Under the pieces are notes generated by a model. The model was given only the letters and a program-made list of their open reading frames with translations. It searched no databases and was not told the DNA's origin. The translations under genes and the position numbers were made by a program. Below are positions 1 through 12,059 of a stretch of DNA of 64,000 bases, piece by piece (the stretch's first letter is position 1; each line of letters starts with the position of its first letter). The DNA is from Chara braunii (taxonomy: Eukaryota; Plantae; Charophyceae), in NCBI GenBank assembly GCA_003427395.1, contig BFEA01000001.1, positions 9,393,741-9,457,740 on the forward strand, read 5' to 3'.

Positions 1-40
1 ACTGAAGGCGACTAAAAAAAACCTTCCCCGCCAGGTGCAC

Positions 41-210
41 CCACTCCTCCTTCGTCTCCAGTATGCCCGCCAACCTCCCCTGCGTCATCGCCACCGCCCC
101 CCCCTTCGTCATCGCTCGTCGGCGGCGAGATAAGGTATCTGTTGGGGGGGGGGGTGGTGGCGATGACGCAGGGGAGGTTGGCGGGCATACTAAAGACGAA
201 GGAGGAGTGG
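41..210. repeat. Long near-perfect inverted repeat (55-bp arms, extendable through C/G runs)
   Basis: 41-95 is the reverse complement of 156-210 with 2 mismatches; the ORF track shows the same peptide (MPANLPCVIAT) on both strands. Confidence 0.9.
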
Positions 211-489
211 CCCCCCACCCGTACGGACCGCGCGAAGGATCACCCCCCCAACCCCCATTTCGCTGGGACGTATCTCTCGAAAGGTGGCCCCATCCGCCTT
301 CTCCTTGCGTTACCGTGTCCGCTGTGGACTGCCCCTCCTCGGCACCTGCCCCCCCCTCGCCAATCGCCGGTGACGAAGACGATGACGGAGGTGTTTGGGG
401 GTGAGGTGAAGTGGTGGCCTGCAGAGTGCCAAATGGCCCCCCTTCGCCAGCTGCCACCATCGGAGACGCCGCGCAGCTTTCGTTCGCCA

Positions 490-503
490 TCTCTCTCTCT
501 CTC

Positions 504-552
<49 letters not shown>

Positions 553-1021
553 GTGTGTGTGTGGGTGTGTGTGAAGAAGGAGAAGAAGAAGATTGAAGAA
601 GAAGAAGAAGAAGAAGAAGAAGAAGAAGAAGAAGAAGAAGAAGAAGAAGAAGAAGAGGCGGCGAGGAAGAAAAAGGGTCGGGGTGAGGAAGGTCATGAAG
701 CGTTGCTGGACGCGTAGACGAAGAAAAATGCGACGAAAAAGAATAAGAAAAAGAAGAAGAAGAAGAAGAAGAAGAAGGAGAAGAAGAAGAAGAAGAAGAA
801 GAAGAAGAAGAAGAAGAAGAAAGGCGACGAGGAAGGAAAAGCGCCGATGAAGCGGTGCCACCCGGTGCAACCGAAGAAAAAAACGCTGGTCAAGAAGAAG
901 AAGAAGAAGAAGACGAAGAAGAAGAAGAAGAAAAAAAAAAAAAAGAAGAAGAAGAAGAAGAAGAAGAAGAAAAGAAAAAGACGAGGCGGAAGAAGAAGAC
1001 GAAGAAGTCAATAACACACAA

Positions 1022-1085
<64 letters not shown>

Positions 1086-1184
1086 TTCTCTCTCTCTCCG
1101 CTTTGCTGAGGCAGAAGTTCAGGCGCTTGACGAAGAAGCGCTGCGTACGGATCACCGAACGTACGTATGTCATACGTATATATA

Positions 1185-1244
<60 letters not shown>

Positions 1245-2002
1245 AGGGTCGACGGGTGTCGAGGGGTTGGCTTAGGTGTTTGGGGTTTCATTCGGGGTGC
1301 GTTTGGGCATGAAAGTGCTTATCCTCCTCCGTAAGTGGGAAACCGTCATTGTCCGAGTCGGACGGAGGCCAAAAAAAAAAAAAAAAAAAAGTCAACGCCG
1401 AAAAAAAACAAAACCTTTCACAACGGGAACCACCATTGTCAATCGTTTGACATTGACAGGCAACATATCCGCGCGGAGGGTTTTCTTTTGGGGGGGGGGG
1501 GGGGGGGGGTTGGGCGGGTTGTTGGGGTGTGATGGAGGTAAAAAAAAAAAAAGAAAAAAAACTGCGAAAATGAGAACACAAAAGGGAACGAAAAAAATAA
1601 AAATAAAAAATAAAATTAAATGACACTGACAGGTGTCGTTTCCGCGAACGGCCACGTTCGCATAAGCGGGAAGCCGGAAGGGGTGAGTGAAAATGGGGGG
1701 AAAAACAACAAACAGCCACACACTCTGCATACGGACAAATGCGTACGTACACGAAACGGCAATGGCCATGGACAGAAGAACAAAGAAAGAAATTGAAAAA
1801 CCACTAAATACAAAATAATACAATGGTGTCGCGCCGGGAGAGAGGGGTTGTCAATCGGGGGTTTCATTTCAAAAAAAATATATATATATCGTCAAATAGA
1901 ACTGCCCGGTAAACCGTAGGCAGAGAGGGAGTATATATATATATATATGTATATATATATAACAACCAACGGACACAGTGCCAATGACATGGCGGGCGGG
2001 TC

Positions 2003-2091
<89 letters not shown>
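490..2091. repeat. Microsatellite-rich tract: (CT)n, (GAA)n, (GA)n, poly-A/G, (TA)n
   Basis: Directly visible; explains the poly-E/K/R/SL ORFs in the track. Confidence 0.95.
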
Positions 2092-4129
2092 NNNNNNNNN
2101 NNNNNNNNNNNNNNNNNNNNNNNNNNNNNNNNNNNNNNNNNNNNNNNNNNNNNNNNNNNNNNNNNNNNNNNNNNNNNNNNNNNNNNNNNNNNNNNNNNNN
2201 NNNNNNNNNNNNNNNNNNNNNNNNNNNNNNNNNNNNNNNNNNNNNNNNNNNNNNNNNNNNNNNNNNNNNNNNNNNNNNNNNNNNNNNNNNNNNNNNNNNN
2301 NGACGTGAGGTGACACATGTGTGAACTTCGTGGCATGCACGCATGATAGCCAATCGCCGGGAAGACATGATGTCATCCGAACCGGCGATTGGCCCTCACA
2401 CACACACATTGGCCTCTACACACACACACACACACACACGCAGACAGGCGAGCGCGCGCGACGACGGGACGTGCTGCTGGCGATGGCAACCGTTCGTTGG
2501 CCGGCGCGTGGATGACCAACCAAACGCAGTACTGGTCGCCGGCGAACCGACACGGCCCTCACAGCCCTCGGGAAAAACAAAAAAAAAATTATAAAAAAAT
2601 TGTGATGGTCTCCCGCAATGCCACCGACCACAGGTATCCCGTCCGACTATGCGAGAGGCCGACTGCCCAAAAGTGAAAACGCAACTTTTCAAAAAAAAAA
2701 AAAACAACTACCGAAAATGAAAAGTACCGCGGGACACAGGCTCGGCAAAAATCGGCGCAAACTATAAATCAGGGTCGACAAAAACAGGCTTGGAGGTACT
2801 GGTGGTTTAAAAAAAATAAAAAAATAAAATAATTAAAATAAAAAAAACAGGTCCTTATGGCCCTGAATCCATTTCCATTCTGGGGAGCATCAGTCCGGTT
2901 CCTATTCCACCGGCAGGTCAGGAAAATTGGTTACATCATAAGACAATCTCACGCTTTCTTCCGTCATGCCGAAGGAACCCTGATCAACATTGATTGCTCC
3001 AACTGTCAGCTTGCCCTGCTTCCACGTTTCCTCTCTAGACTACTATCAAAACCTGTCAAATAGAACATGAAAAGCAAGAAAGGTCTGAGAAGCTACAACT
3101 GCTACCAATTCTGTCTAAACCCTAAACCCCGCATAAGAGCCTCTTAAAATCCCTTGACTTCTAACCCCTGCTTGCTTTATTTCTGTCCAAAGACTCACCC
3201 CTAAACCCTAGACCCCAAACAAACTTATTAATCTTTCTCCCTGTGAAACAACTCTTCTATGCCTGTATTTGGGGAAACTTCCCGTCCAGATAGAGCCTTA
3301 ATGACTGAATGTTTTATTTGGGCTAAGACGGTAGCCACGTGGACCAGAACCTGTATGTGTGTGGAATAAACGTTTTGCTTCCACAAGCCACACTCGAACC
3401 ATTCCTGACCAGCTGCATAACCTTATGCTATGATACCTGTGTGGCCTGCGATGGAGCTTGCTGGATTCTCTGTCTTCTCAGACCAACTTCTGAGTTGTGC
3501 CAGTCCTTCCAACATATGCGGAAGTCCTTTATTTCTGCTACCTTGCCACCTGCCAGCCATATCTTTGTAAATTTCTTCACCGTTCTCTGTTGTTGGTCAA
3601 CCTTATCCGTCATGGATTGTTTTGTCTTCTGCCACTTGCACAAAACCTCTGCCTGGATTAGTGTCCTTGTCTCCGCCCAGACTAATCTTGTCAAAACTTC
3701 TCAGATCTGTAAGCTTCAGAATCTCAAGGACCTTTAGAGGGGGTTAATCCAGCCCCCTCACGCCTTTCCGTTGTGGTGGTCCTTTTTATCTTATTCTTTC
3801 TATTTATCAAAGGATCCAATCAGATCGAAAACTCATGTATGGATTAACTGGTTGTTTGTTGTAGGTACGGAGGATCTGATTCGGCCAGGAGCTCAAGGAA
3901 GAAGAGTCTGTTAGGGTACAAAAGCCCACCAAGAAACTACCATTATCGTAGCAGCAGGCATTCTCCTGCCACCACCGGCAAGAAGGAATTGAACCACAGA
4001 TCGAGATCTCTGAAGCACTCAAAGCTCTGAACTCCATACCTTCATCCGTGCAAGTTCCCTATGCTCTTCACATGTTGCAAAACAGATCTCAGTGGTGGGC
4101 CGACCCAACCTCCTTCAGAGCAACTGCAC

Positions 4130-4811
4130 CAATGACCCACTTGGCAGCCTGAAAAGTTCTCTTAGGCTCTTCTAAGAGGAAACATTCCATGAACGTCCTG
4201 AATTGGCTTGAACACGAAGTGAAACTGAACTTTCAGGGCACAAATCACCAACCTAGATCTAAGATTGAGGAGGTGCGCAAATTCGTCAAACCAATCCTCA
4301 AAGCCGCTGAATTTAAGAAGATTTTGAAGCAAGTAGAGCCTTCTCCACTAATTATTCCTAATTATCAGTTGCCATCTCATTTTGCAGATTTCATCAGCAC
4401 TTATGTAGACCTGTTGTTAAATCAAGGAGTAATCTCAAGGACTGATTCAGCCTTGGTAACCAACCCAGTTTTTGTCATTGAAAGCTGTAGCAAACTTTGT
4501 TTTATCATTGACCTACGTTATGTCAACCTCTTCTGACTCTTCATCACTTTTCCACAGTTTCATTACGAATCTATAGATGATGTGGTCGTAGTCATGGACG
4601 GTCATGGTTTGCAAGACTTTGCTGTAACATTTAACGTTAAGAAAGGGTATTACCATATTCCGGTTCAGGAGTCATCAAAACCTTACCCGACCTTTAAATG
4701 GGGAGGTAAAACCTTTCATTTCAACACTCTATGATTCAGGATTTTCTCTGCCTGCAGGATTTTCTCCACTGTAATGCAGGAAGCCATGGCGGAATTCAGG
4801 TCAAGAAGCGT
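4130..4811 (+). pseudogene. DIRS-type retrotransposon reverse transcriptase, N-terminal half (degenerate)
   Basis: NVLNWLEHEVKLNF...LLNQGVI...NPVFVI...FIIDLRYVN, then after a frameshift TFNVKKGYYHIPV...FKWGGKTFHFNTL*F...FSTVMQEAMAEFRSRS; DIRS-like RT motifs. Confidence 0.85.
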
Positions 4812-6974
4812 TGTCGAGCGCATCGACCCCCGTGCGAGTGAGGGTCCGCCCTTCACCGCTCCGGCCGAGTGTGCCAGCTGTACATCCTGCGGTCCCCTAC
4901 GATAGGATAGGTTTCCGCGGGGCACAACTCACCTTCCCTAAGGGGCTGTCACCACCTTTAGGGGCGTATCCCTACCGAGCTACCGACCCACATGCGAAAG
5001 TTTTTATAATGCAATTGCAGAGGTAAGTTGGCCGAGGGCGTTTGCTCGTTCGTTGTAGCATAGGTACGCATGGTTAAACGCCAAAGTGAACCCTATCGTC
5101 GTCCGTCCCTGGGGCGCTGGTCTCCCATGAATCGGACCGACGTCGGTCGACTAGGACGTGACATTCCAAGCGTAAGGAAAACTTTTAGCGATCCTAGTCC
5201 CTTCTTTCAAAGACAATCAAGAGTCACTCAGACAAACTCTTTTAAAAAAAAGGACTCAGGTCAACACAAATTGACTTATCTTCTGAAATCGACCTATATG
5301 TAATACAATAATGCGTACGGCAAGGATTGACTTGGCTTCAAACAACACCTATCAATAAAAGATCAAAACATGACCAATACACAAGGCGACGCTCAAGTGG
5401 CGTCTGACTAAAATATCTTCACTCAGCCTACCAGACGGCTGGACTGTCACGACCTTTTCGACTTGATGGGATGCGTTGCCAAGTTCTTCCATTCCATACC
5501 ACACCGACCGCTAGCAAAAAAATGTTGACATCCCAATTCTCAAGTAAAGTTAGGTTGGCATTGCTTTAATAATGATCACGTTTTTCCTCTAACTTTGGTA
5601 TGAATGTCATTTGCAAGTAATTCGGCTACCACTATACGAGTCAGTACTCAACTTGAACGACCAAACATTGAATGCCTCATTGAGGTCAAGGATCCATTTT
5701 CAAATTTTGTTGGTCGCTTTGTCCTCCTGGGCAATAATTACTCTTCCTGTTCCGCGAGTGATGAAATACCAGCTTGCGATATAAAGGTATTCGAGGCAAT
5801 GCTCCAGTCACGTCTTTTTGTCAACTAGCTTGATTGCCCTAGGCTTGCATTTCTTATGGCGCAAACCTGTCCGCGAAGGCAGTGCGTAGTCGCACTCCAT
5901 CCATAGCTAGTGAACACACGAACTGGGCTTCTTATGACGCCAGTTCCCCATTCGTCTGTGGCTCCTAAGACGACCACTAGAAGGGTAAACTATAGCGGTT
6001 CTTCTCAACGTGAGCTGCCAAGAACTTAACGTCTTTCGTGAATAGCACACGTCCATCCCCTAGGAGGTGGTCTGGGATACCCCTCGTCCTCGCCCGAGCG
6101 AACCTCGGATCTCAGAAGTCGGGCTGGCTCCACCACGACAGCATGGTATCCCTCCGTCTAAGCGGTCCACTCCGAGTCGTTAACAAGGTCGCCCCCTAAG
6201 GCAACGAACCCCCGTCTCAAATGCCTCCTAGGGAAAGGAGATGCACTTCCCACAACAGACGGTCAGCCCTTTATCGCCTGACGTCAAGGGCGAACCTAGA
6301 CGGAAAAAAAAATCAGAGAAGAAAATCATTCAGACAGACGGGCACGGATAGAGAGGGACATTCGGGAAAGAATGGGTAACCTCAGGGAAAATCTACGTCC
6401 AATTCACTTCTTCTCCTTTGTGTGATCGCTCCGTTTCTCGTCTTCTGCTGTCTTCCCATCCTTTCAACATGCATGCAGGCTAAAAAATAGAAAGCAATCA
6501 TCATTCCATTCACTTTCGCTGACATGATTAAATCTCCATTTTTCAGCATTCTTCTATTTACTTGCACATCAGATCAAACAACAATTCAAAAAGGAAACGA
6601 TGCAAACCCACACACATCTCACACGCGCATGCACACATCTCCTCTACCTTTTCAATGAACGTTCAAAGAACAGGGTCAAGCAAGTGTGGGTTCACACAGT
6701 CAAGGCTAACTGACCTTGAGTGAAGTCGAGATGGACGCGGCTCACTCAAGAAAACCGTGTAAGATCACGCTCCAGGCGAGAAGATCGCCGCAGTAAACTG
6801 TCAAAAAAGTGATCCACACCACTCCCTCAAAAGGATCACCCACTGACACACAATCCCCTCAGTGTCTCAGCGTTGTCACCACATGCGACCAGTACCACTA
6901 TACCACCACTGTGTCGAGATGCCGCCGCCGCAAGGACTGGACAACATTTTCACACCAATGCTACAAAAACTGCT

Positions 6975-7280
6975 GTTGCCGCAAAATTCCGGCAGCGCTC
7001 TCGCGTCACCGCCAAAGAAGTACAGCTGCCGCCGTAAAATTTCGGCAGCGCTTCCACGTCACCACTAAAAAAAAGTACAGCCGCCGTACTAAGCAGACAA
7101 CACCTCCCCTACACACTTCTCAAATATGGATGCCGCCGCCGCAAAATTTCGGCAGCGCTCCCGCACTACCGTTGAAAAAAAACAGCTGCCGCTGCAAGAT
7201 TTCGGCAGCGCTTCCGCACTACCGTTGAAAAGGCATAGCCGCCGCCGCGAAATTTCGGCAGCGCTTCAGCACTACCGTTG
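6975..7280. repeat. About 5 imperfect tandem units (~50-55 bp) with core GCCGCCGCAAAATTTCGGCAGCGCT
   Basis: Cores near 6978, 7028, 7135, 7188 and 7241. Confidence 0.85.
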
Positions 7281-8002
7281 ATAAACCCGCTGTCGTCGTC
7301 GTGCTGAACGAACAGCACCTCCCCTGCGCTCCACCAAGTGCAGCAGCAGCTATGGCTGCCCTCACTCTCATGCTCCCTGCAGACCTCCAGCACTTCTCTC
7401 TCTCTCCACCCTTCTGATATGGTGGCTATGGCTGTGTTCCACAGCTATGGCCACCTCCAACAGTCCTACCCCTTCTCTCTTGCAGACCTCCACCTTCGCT
7501 CCACCTCACTCTCCAGCAGCTCCCTCACACCAGCAGCCAGCGTTCAACCAAGTAGAATGCCAGCAGCACCAGCCACAAATGAATGCTGGCTGGCTGGCTG
7601 CTGGCGGTTTTATAGCTAGCTGGAGGCTGAGGGCAGCTGCCTTGCCCCAGCCAAAACTCCGAACTGAGCCTGGCCCTTGATCTAGATCACGATCAAGGGC
7701 CAGAAAGTCTGATGTTCCCCTTTGGAAACTAAGTTCAGACCTTTGGTAGTGCATCTGGTCTTCACCCGCGGCCAGACGCAGCTTACCAAAGGCTTTATAG
7801 ACTGTTGAATCCAACAGTCTGCTGTCTTATCAAGGTCCAGATGCTTCTAGACCTGCATCTGGACTGAGGCCGCGGTTAAATCCGCGGCCGTTTTTGTTTT
7901 CTCAAGCTTCTTGTTCGACTCGTTTTTCTTTTTTGCTTTTTTTTTACCCCCTCGTTTTTTTTAGCAGGACAGCTCGTTGTTCGAAAAACGAACGAGCACG
8001 TC

Positions 8003-8066
8003 CCTCCCCCAAGTCATTTCACAGAATTGAACCAGAGTCAAGCTCAACAGGGTCTTCTTTTTCCCC
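8003..8066 (-). pseudogene. ~60-bp diverged fragment of cytosolic 25S/28S rRNA
   Basis: Reverse complement reads AAAGAAGACCCTGTTGAGCTTGACTCTGGTTCAATTCTGTGAAATGACTTG, matching the conserved eukaryotic LSU segment GAAAGAAGACCCTGTTGAGCTTGACTCTAG...TTTGTGAAATGACTTG as I recall it. Confidence 0.85.
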
Positions 8067-8158
8067 CCCCTTACTCTGGGCCCGTACCCGGACGCCTACG
8101 GTGCCAGGTGCAGGCAGCCGTCTGCAGCCCGCTGCTCAACCAACGGGCGCAGGTAAGT

Positions 8159-8235
<77 letters not shown>

Positions 8236-8260
8236 NNNNNNNNNNNNNNNNNNNNNNNNN

Positions 8261-8307
<47 letters not shown>

Positions 8308-8606
8308 GTGGTGGTCCTCGGGTCCGAATACAGGCGCACTCACGCGGCTGATTCAGTCGGTCCGCCCGACTGTTGAGGTTCAACCTCCTGATGATTCGGT
8401 GGAAGCCCGACGAAACAGTCGGGCACAGTCACACCCGTTTGCCTGAAACGAACGGGTGCTTAGTGCACCGAGAAGGGAAAATCTAAATAGAAAAAAAAAA
8501 AAAAAAAAGAAAGCAAAAAAATCTAAAACAAGATCTAGCAAAAGAAAGAAGAGGAGAGAAAAAAGTAGAAAAAAAATGAACTCACCTCGTGGATGGTCAG
8601 TCTCCC

Positions 8607-10190
8607 GTTTTCTTCTTCTTCTTCTTCTTCTTCTTCTTTGTTTTTTTTTTTTTGTTTTTTTTCAACAATCACTCCTCTTTATTATTACCAATCGCCAATT
8701 GAAAAGAGGCCGGGGACCTCACAATTCAACCCGGAGTTATCCCGGCAGCCTCAGCCGGTTTAGCTTAATTGAAAGTCTCACTTCAGACTTCCATCTTAAA
8801 ATGCAAACTGGGAGATTGTCTCAAAGTAGCAAGAATCAGAAGTGGGAGGGATACCCGGCCCTCTCAGTGCGAAGCTGCCTGATAGGAAGGAAGTTAGCTA
8901 GGCCTAGGTGGAAAGTCCCACAAAAGTGCTGAGTAAAAGAGAGAGTTCTTGTCTGTAAAACCGGCCCAGCAGAAAGGGGTGGACCATTTCTTCTGAAATC
9001 GATCCTTAGCTACGTCTGACACAGTATCCTGACGCTTGATTCTGACCCAATCCGCCATAATGTCTAATCTAATTGCGTGTTTGAACTGAGAGAACAGGGA
9101 GGGAAGAGAAGACTTGGACTTCAGGAAAAGCCTGTCTCTTCTGGCAATCCAATTGAACCAGAAAGCCCTTAGTCTGAAAACCTGAGCAACTGTCCCAATC
9201 TGCCGTTTGCTGATGTCGGGGTTCAATCTGCCTGTGATGACGAAGTCTTGGTTCCAAAAACCTGCAGAACCGTATGCATCCATCCACAGCAAGTTCAGGC
9301 TGTCCCAAAATCCTCTGGCAATGATGCACTCCCACCATATCTGTAACCAATCCTCTAGGCATGGGTGTGGGCATTCAGTGCACAGTGTAGAGATGTCCAT
9401 GCCCTTCTCTGAGGACCATAGTGAAGTTGGGACGCATGAGTGCAGATGCATCCATTGGAGACCCCCCCACCTTGGTCTCAAGAGAAGAGATAATGATGTG
9501 AATAAAGAACATTAGCCATTTGGAGGATAGAGGTTGGAGCTTAATAGCGGAGAGTCTGCGTTGCCAGTTCAGGATAAGGCCTGTTTGCAGGGAGTGGGCG
9601 TCAGAGAAGAGGGAATATCCTAACTGCGAGGAATACTCTCTGATAAGCACGCTGAACTGGTGTCATTGACCTGCGAGACTTTCCAGCCGTATTTGCATAC
9701 ATCTGCTTTCCATTTGCTGATTGGAATGGCTGCCATGATTATTCGACTGTCGGGGCGGCCCTGTGCATCTTTTGAGTGTTGGACCCTTACCTCATCCATC
9801 TCCGACAGAGTAACTTGCTGTGTGTCCCCAGTTTGTCTCAGTCTGCCTCTGACGAGGGACCATTCTGAAGCCTCTGTTGTGCCATCACCATTAATCTTGT
9901 CGACCCTTAGAAATTTGTCCACCGATAAGGGGACTTTGAACCATTGGTTCTCCCTGAATACCTTGTCTGTTTGCTGGAGGATGTGTAACCAACTGCAGGG
10001 AATGGCTGCTATTATTTCCTCCAGGTGTTCTGCTTGCCGCTGCAGGCCAGTGAGTTGCTGTTCAAGATCCCTTGTAGTTTTCCAGCTCATGGCCAGTGAG
10101 TCGCCCATTTTCAGGGCGGTAGCACCCTCTGGGCCGAGGTCCCACTAGCAGAGATGCAGAAAAACAGTTCAACCTCTATTCCCTGCGCAT
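8607..10190 (-). mobile_element. 5'-truncated L1-clade LINE (ORF2 C-terminus, 3' UTR, A/(AAG)n tail)
   Basis: ORFs 9620-10108 and 8894-9481 resemble the 46.8-50.0 kb LINE (W-rich, CTECP...WEC zf-RVT-like region); T-rich tail at 8607-8662. Confidence 0.85.
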
Positions 10191-10499
10191 CTACATAATC
10201 TCGTCCAGATTCAGGTATTCGATCCAATCCTCTTTGCTAGTGGGGCCACGCCCCTGGGGACTTCACGTCCCTTTCACTTCTGGCAGGGCCAGGTGGGGCT
10301 TAGTCTTAGGTTAGTTCTTAACTTTTTTTTTTTTTTCTATATATATATTTTTATTTTCCATTCTATGGGTGCAAGACCAGCCACCGAAAAAAGAGAAAAT
10401 CTAAAAAGAATCCCAAGAAAATGAAGAAGAAAAAAAAAGAAAAAAATACTAACTTACCTCGTGATGAAACACTTGCCCGTTTTTACGGGCACTGTCAAG

Positions 10500-10843
10500 A
10501 GTTTTTTCGTTTAAGCCAATTAATTCAACAAAATCTCCTAATTTTAAGATACCACGTTCTATTCGGCCTGTGGCGACTGTACCACGGCCTTGAATTGAAA
10601 ACACGTCTTCAATTGGCATTAGAAAAGGTTTTTCAATGTCTCTTTTAGGGGTAGGAATATAAGAGTCAACTGCATCCATTAACTCATAGATTTTATTGAC
10701 CCACTTATTTTCGCCTCTCAAGATATTCGGTTTTTCGGTTAAAGCCTGTAGAGCCATTAAAGCAGATCCTGAAACAACTGGTACTTTGTCTCCAGGAAAT
10801 TCGTAATTCATGAGAGACTCACGAACTTCTAAGTCTACCAGTT
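10500..10843 (-). pseudogene. tufA: Plastid-type elongation factor Tu fragment (nuclear insertion of plastid DNA)
   Basis: [28 protein letters not shown]...[54 protein letters not shown]; has the cyanobacterial/plastid RGENKWV insert; AT-rich codons; ~114 codons, both ends missing. Confidence 0.93.
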
Positions 10844-11002
10844 GGGTGGCTTGAAAAGCCCCAGTCACATCAATGTGTGCCAAGTGGCACTTCGTTTTAG
10901 TTCGTTTTTAATTTTTATTTTATTATTATTATTATTATTATTATTTTTCTCGTTGGCTTAAGCCAACGGTCAGTTCTCAGGCCCTAACGTGGCATTTCCG
11001 CC

Positions 11003-11062
11003 ACGCCTTCCCAAGCCGCGGGTCTGAGTTCGAACCCTGCCCGGTGCATTAAAAAAAAAAAA
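11003..11062 (+). pseudogene. tRNA(Gly)-like 3' half followed by poly(A)
   Basis: GCCTTCCCAAGC anticodon-like segment, B-box GAGTTCGAACC, ending CCGGTGCA then an A-run; no D arm or A-box recognisable. Confidence 0.45.
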
Positions 11063-11812
11063 GGATTTGGACCATTTCTCAATTTATGTGTGTCACTCTT
11101 GAAAGCGCAGGGGCCTTGCTTGATCCGCGCGGCTGTTCCAGGTCGCTCGATCTTGCAGAGCGTGCGGCCGAAATCGGCCGCGCCGGATTACTTTTCCCAC
11201 AGCTAGCTCCAAAAGGAGCCAGCCCAGTGGAGCTTGTACAATTCGATCCTGGTTTTTGTCGGGTGACAATCTTACAGTGTAACCTACTGGGCTAGCTCCT
11301 ATCACAATAGTGATAGGAGCTGCTCTCCTATAAGAAGAGCTAGCCCAGTCATTATGCCCCATACTGGGGCTTTGCGGCCCTGCCCGCCTATGGCCTCGTA
11401 GGCCCTGCCTACCTGTCTGCCTGTGATCCTGCAGGCTTGCCGGCGGGTCCTGCCCGCCAGTGTCCCTGCGAGGCTTGCCACTGAAGGCCTCGCTGACCCT
11501 GCTTGCAGGCCTTACCCCGTCGGTTGGCCGAATGATCTTGACATCGGTCTGTCAATCCCTGGCTCAATATCAACCCCCACGACCGAGAAAAAATCCGTCC
11601 TTCCTCCTGCGTCGCGGTCCTATACCCAGCACACCCCTGTTTTTAGCCTTCTTAGGCCCTGAATCGCGCGGCTTAGCAGCCGCGCGACATCTTTTAGGTA
11701 GAATAAGTCTAGCCTTAGTCTTTCTACGACTGCGCACCCTCGCGGCCTTGTCGGGGCCCGCGGACAACAGGTCATACCGTCGATTCCTGCTGTTCCGATC
11801 GAACATCAATGC

Positions 11813-11914
11813 CGTCACACGCAATGACGTCACGTGTCAATGATGTCATACGTCAATGACATCACATGTCAGCGACGCCGTATGTTAATGACGTCAGACG
11901 TCAACGACGTCATA
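11813..11914. repeat. ~7 x 15-bp tandem repeat containing TGACGTCA-type palindromes
   Basis: AATGACGTCACGTGTC/AATGATGTCATACGTC/AATGACATCACATGTC... near the end of the LTR-like element. Confidence 0.8.
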
Positions 11915-12059
11915 CTTTAGGTCTCTCAATTATAGGGTTGGTCTGACCATCTTTGGCAACGTCAACCTCCTCAAGTTCCTCAATCCAAAAAAAAGGTTGG
12001 GCAGTGTCTGCCCTTAAGAAACTCGGGCAGAAACCCTTACAGGCGTTTCTGTCCCAACA

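Larger units (their letters stand above)
4812..12059 (-). mobile_element. 7.2-kb TG...CA insertion, probably a very large solo LTR with nested insertions; 4-bp TSD GCGT
   Basis: Termini TGTCGAG.../...CCCAACA; GCGT at 4808-4811 and 12060-12063; removal restores FRSRSVMIFSYIDDSL in frame; TATAAAA on the minus strand near 7610 followed by purine-rich sequence. Confidence 0.8.

Noticed and set aside
142-2409. Long ORFs rich in E/K/R/SL
   Set aside because: Translations of microsatellites and N gaps
3115-3215. CCCTAAA telomere-like boxes
   Set aside because: Only 1-2 units each; not a telomeric array
6975-7280. CRISPR-like periodic palindromic repeats (also 51480-51745)
   Set aside because: Spacers resemble each other, no cas genes, eukaryotic transposon context
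10465-10500. Helitron-like 3' hairpin (TGCCCG...CGGGCA) next to tufA
   Set aside because: Ends CAAG followed by A, not CTRR|T, and no 5' TC end found; Helitron capture unsupported
10449-10883. Functional EF-Tu gene
   Set aside because: Internal fragment only; flanking codons are unrelated
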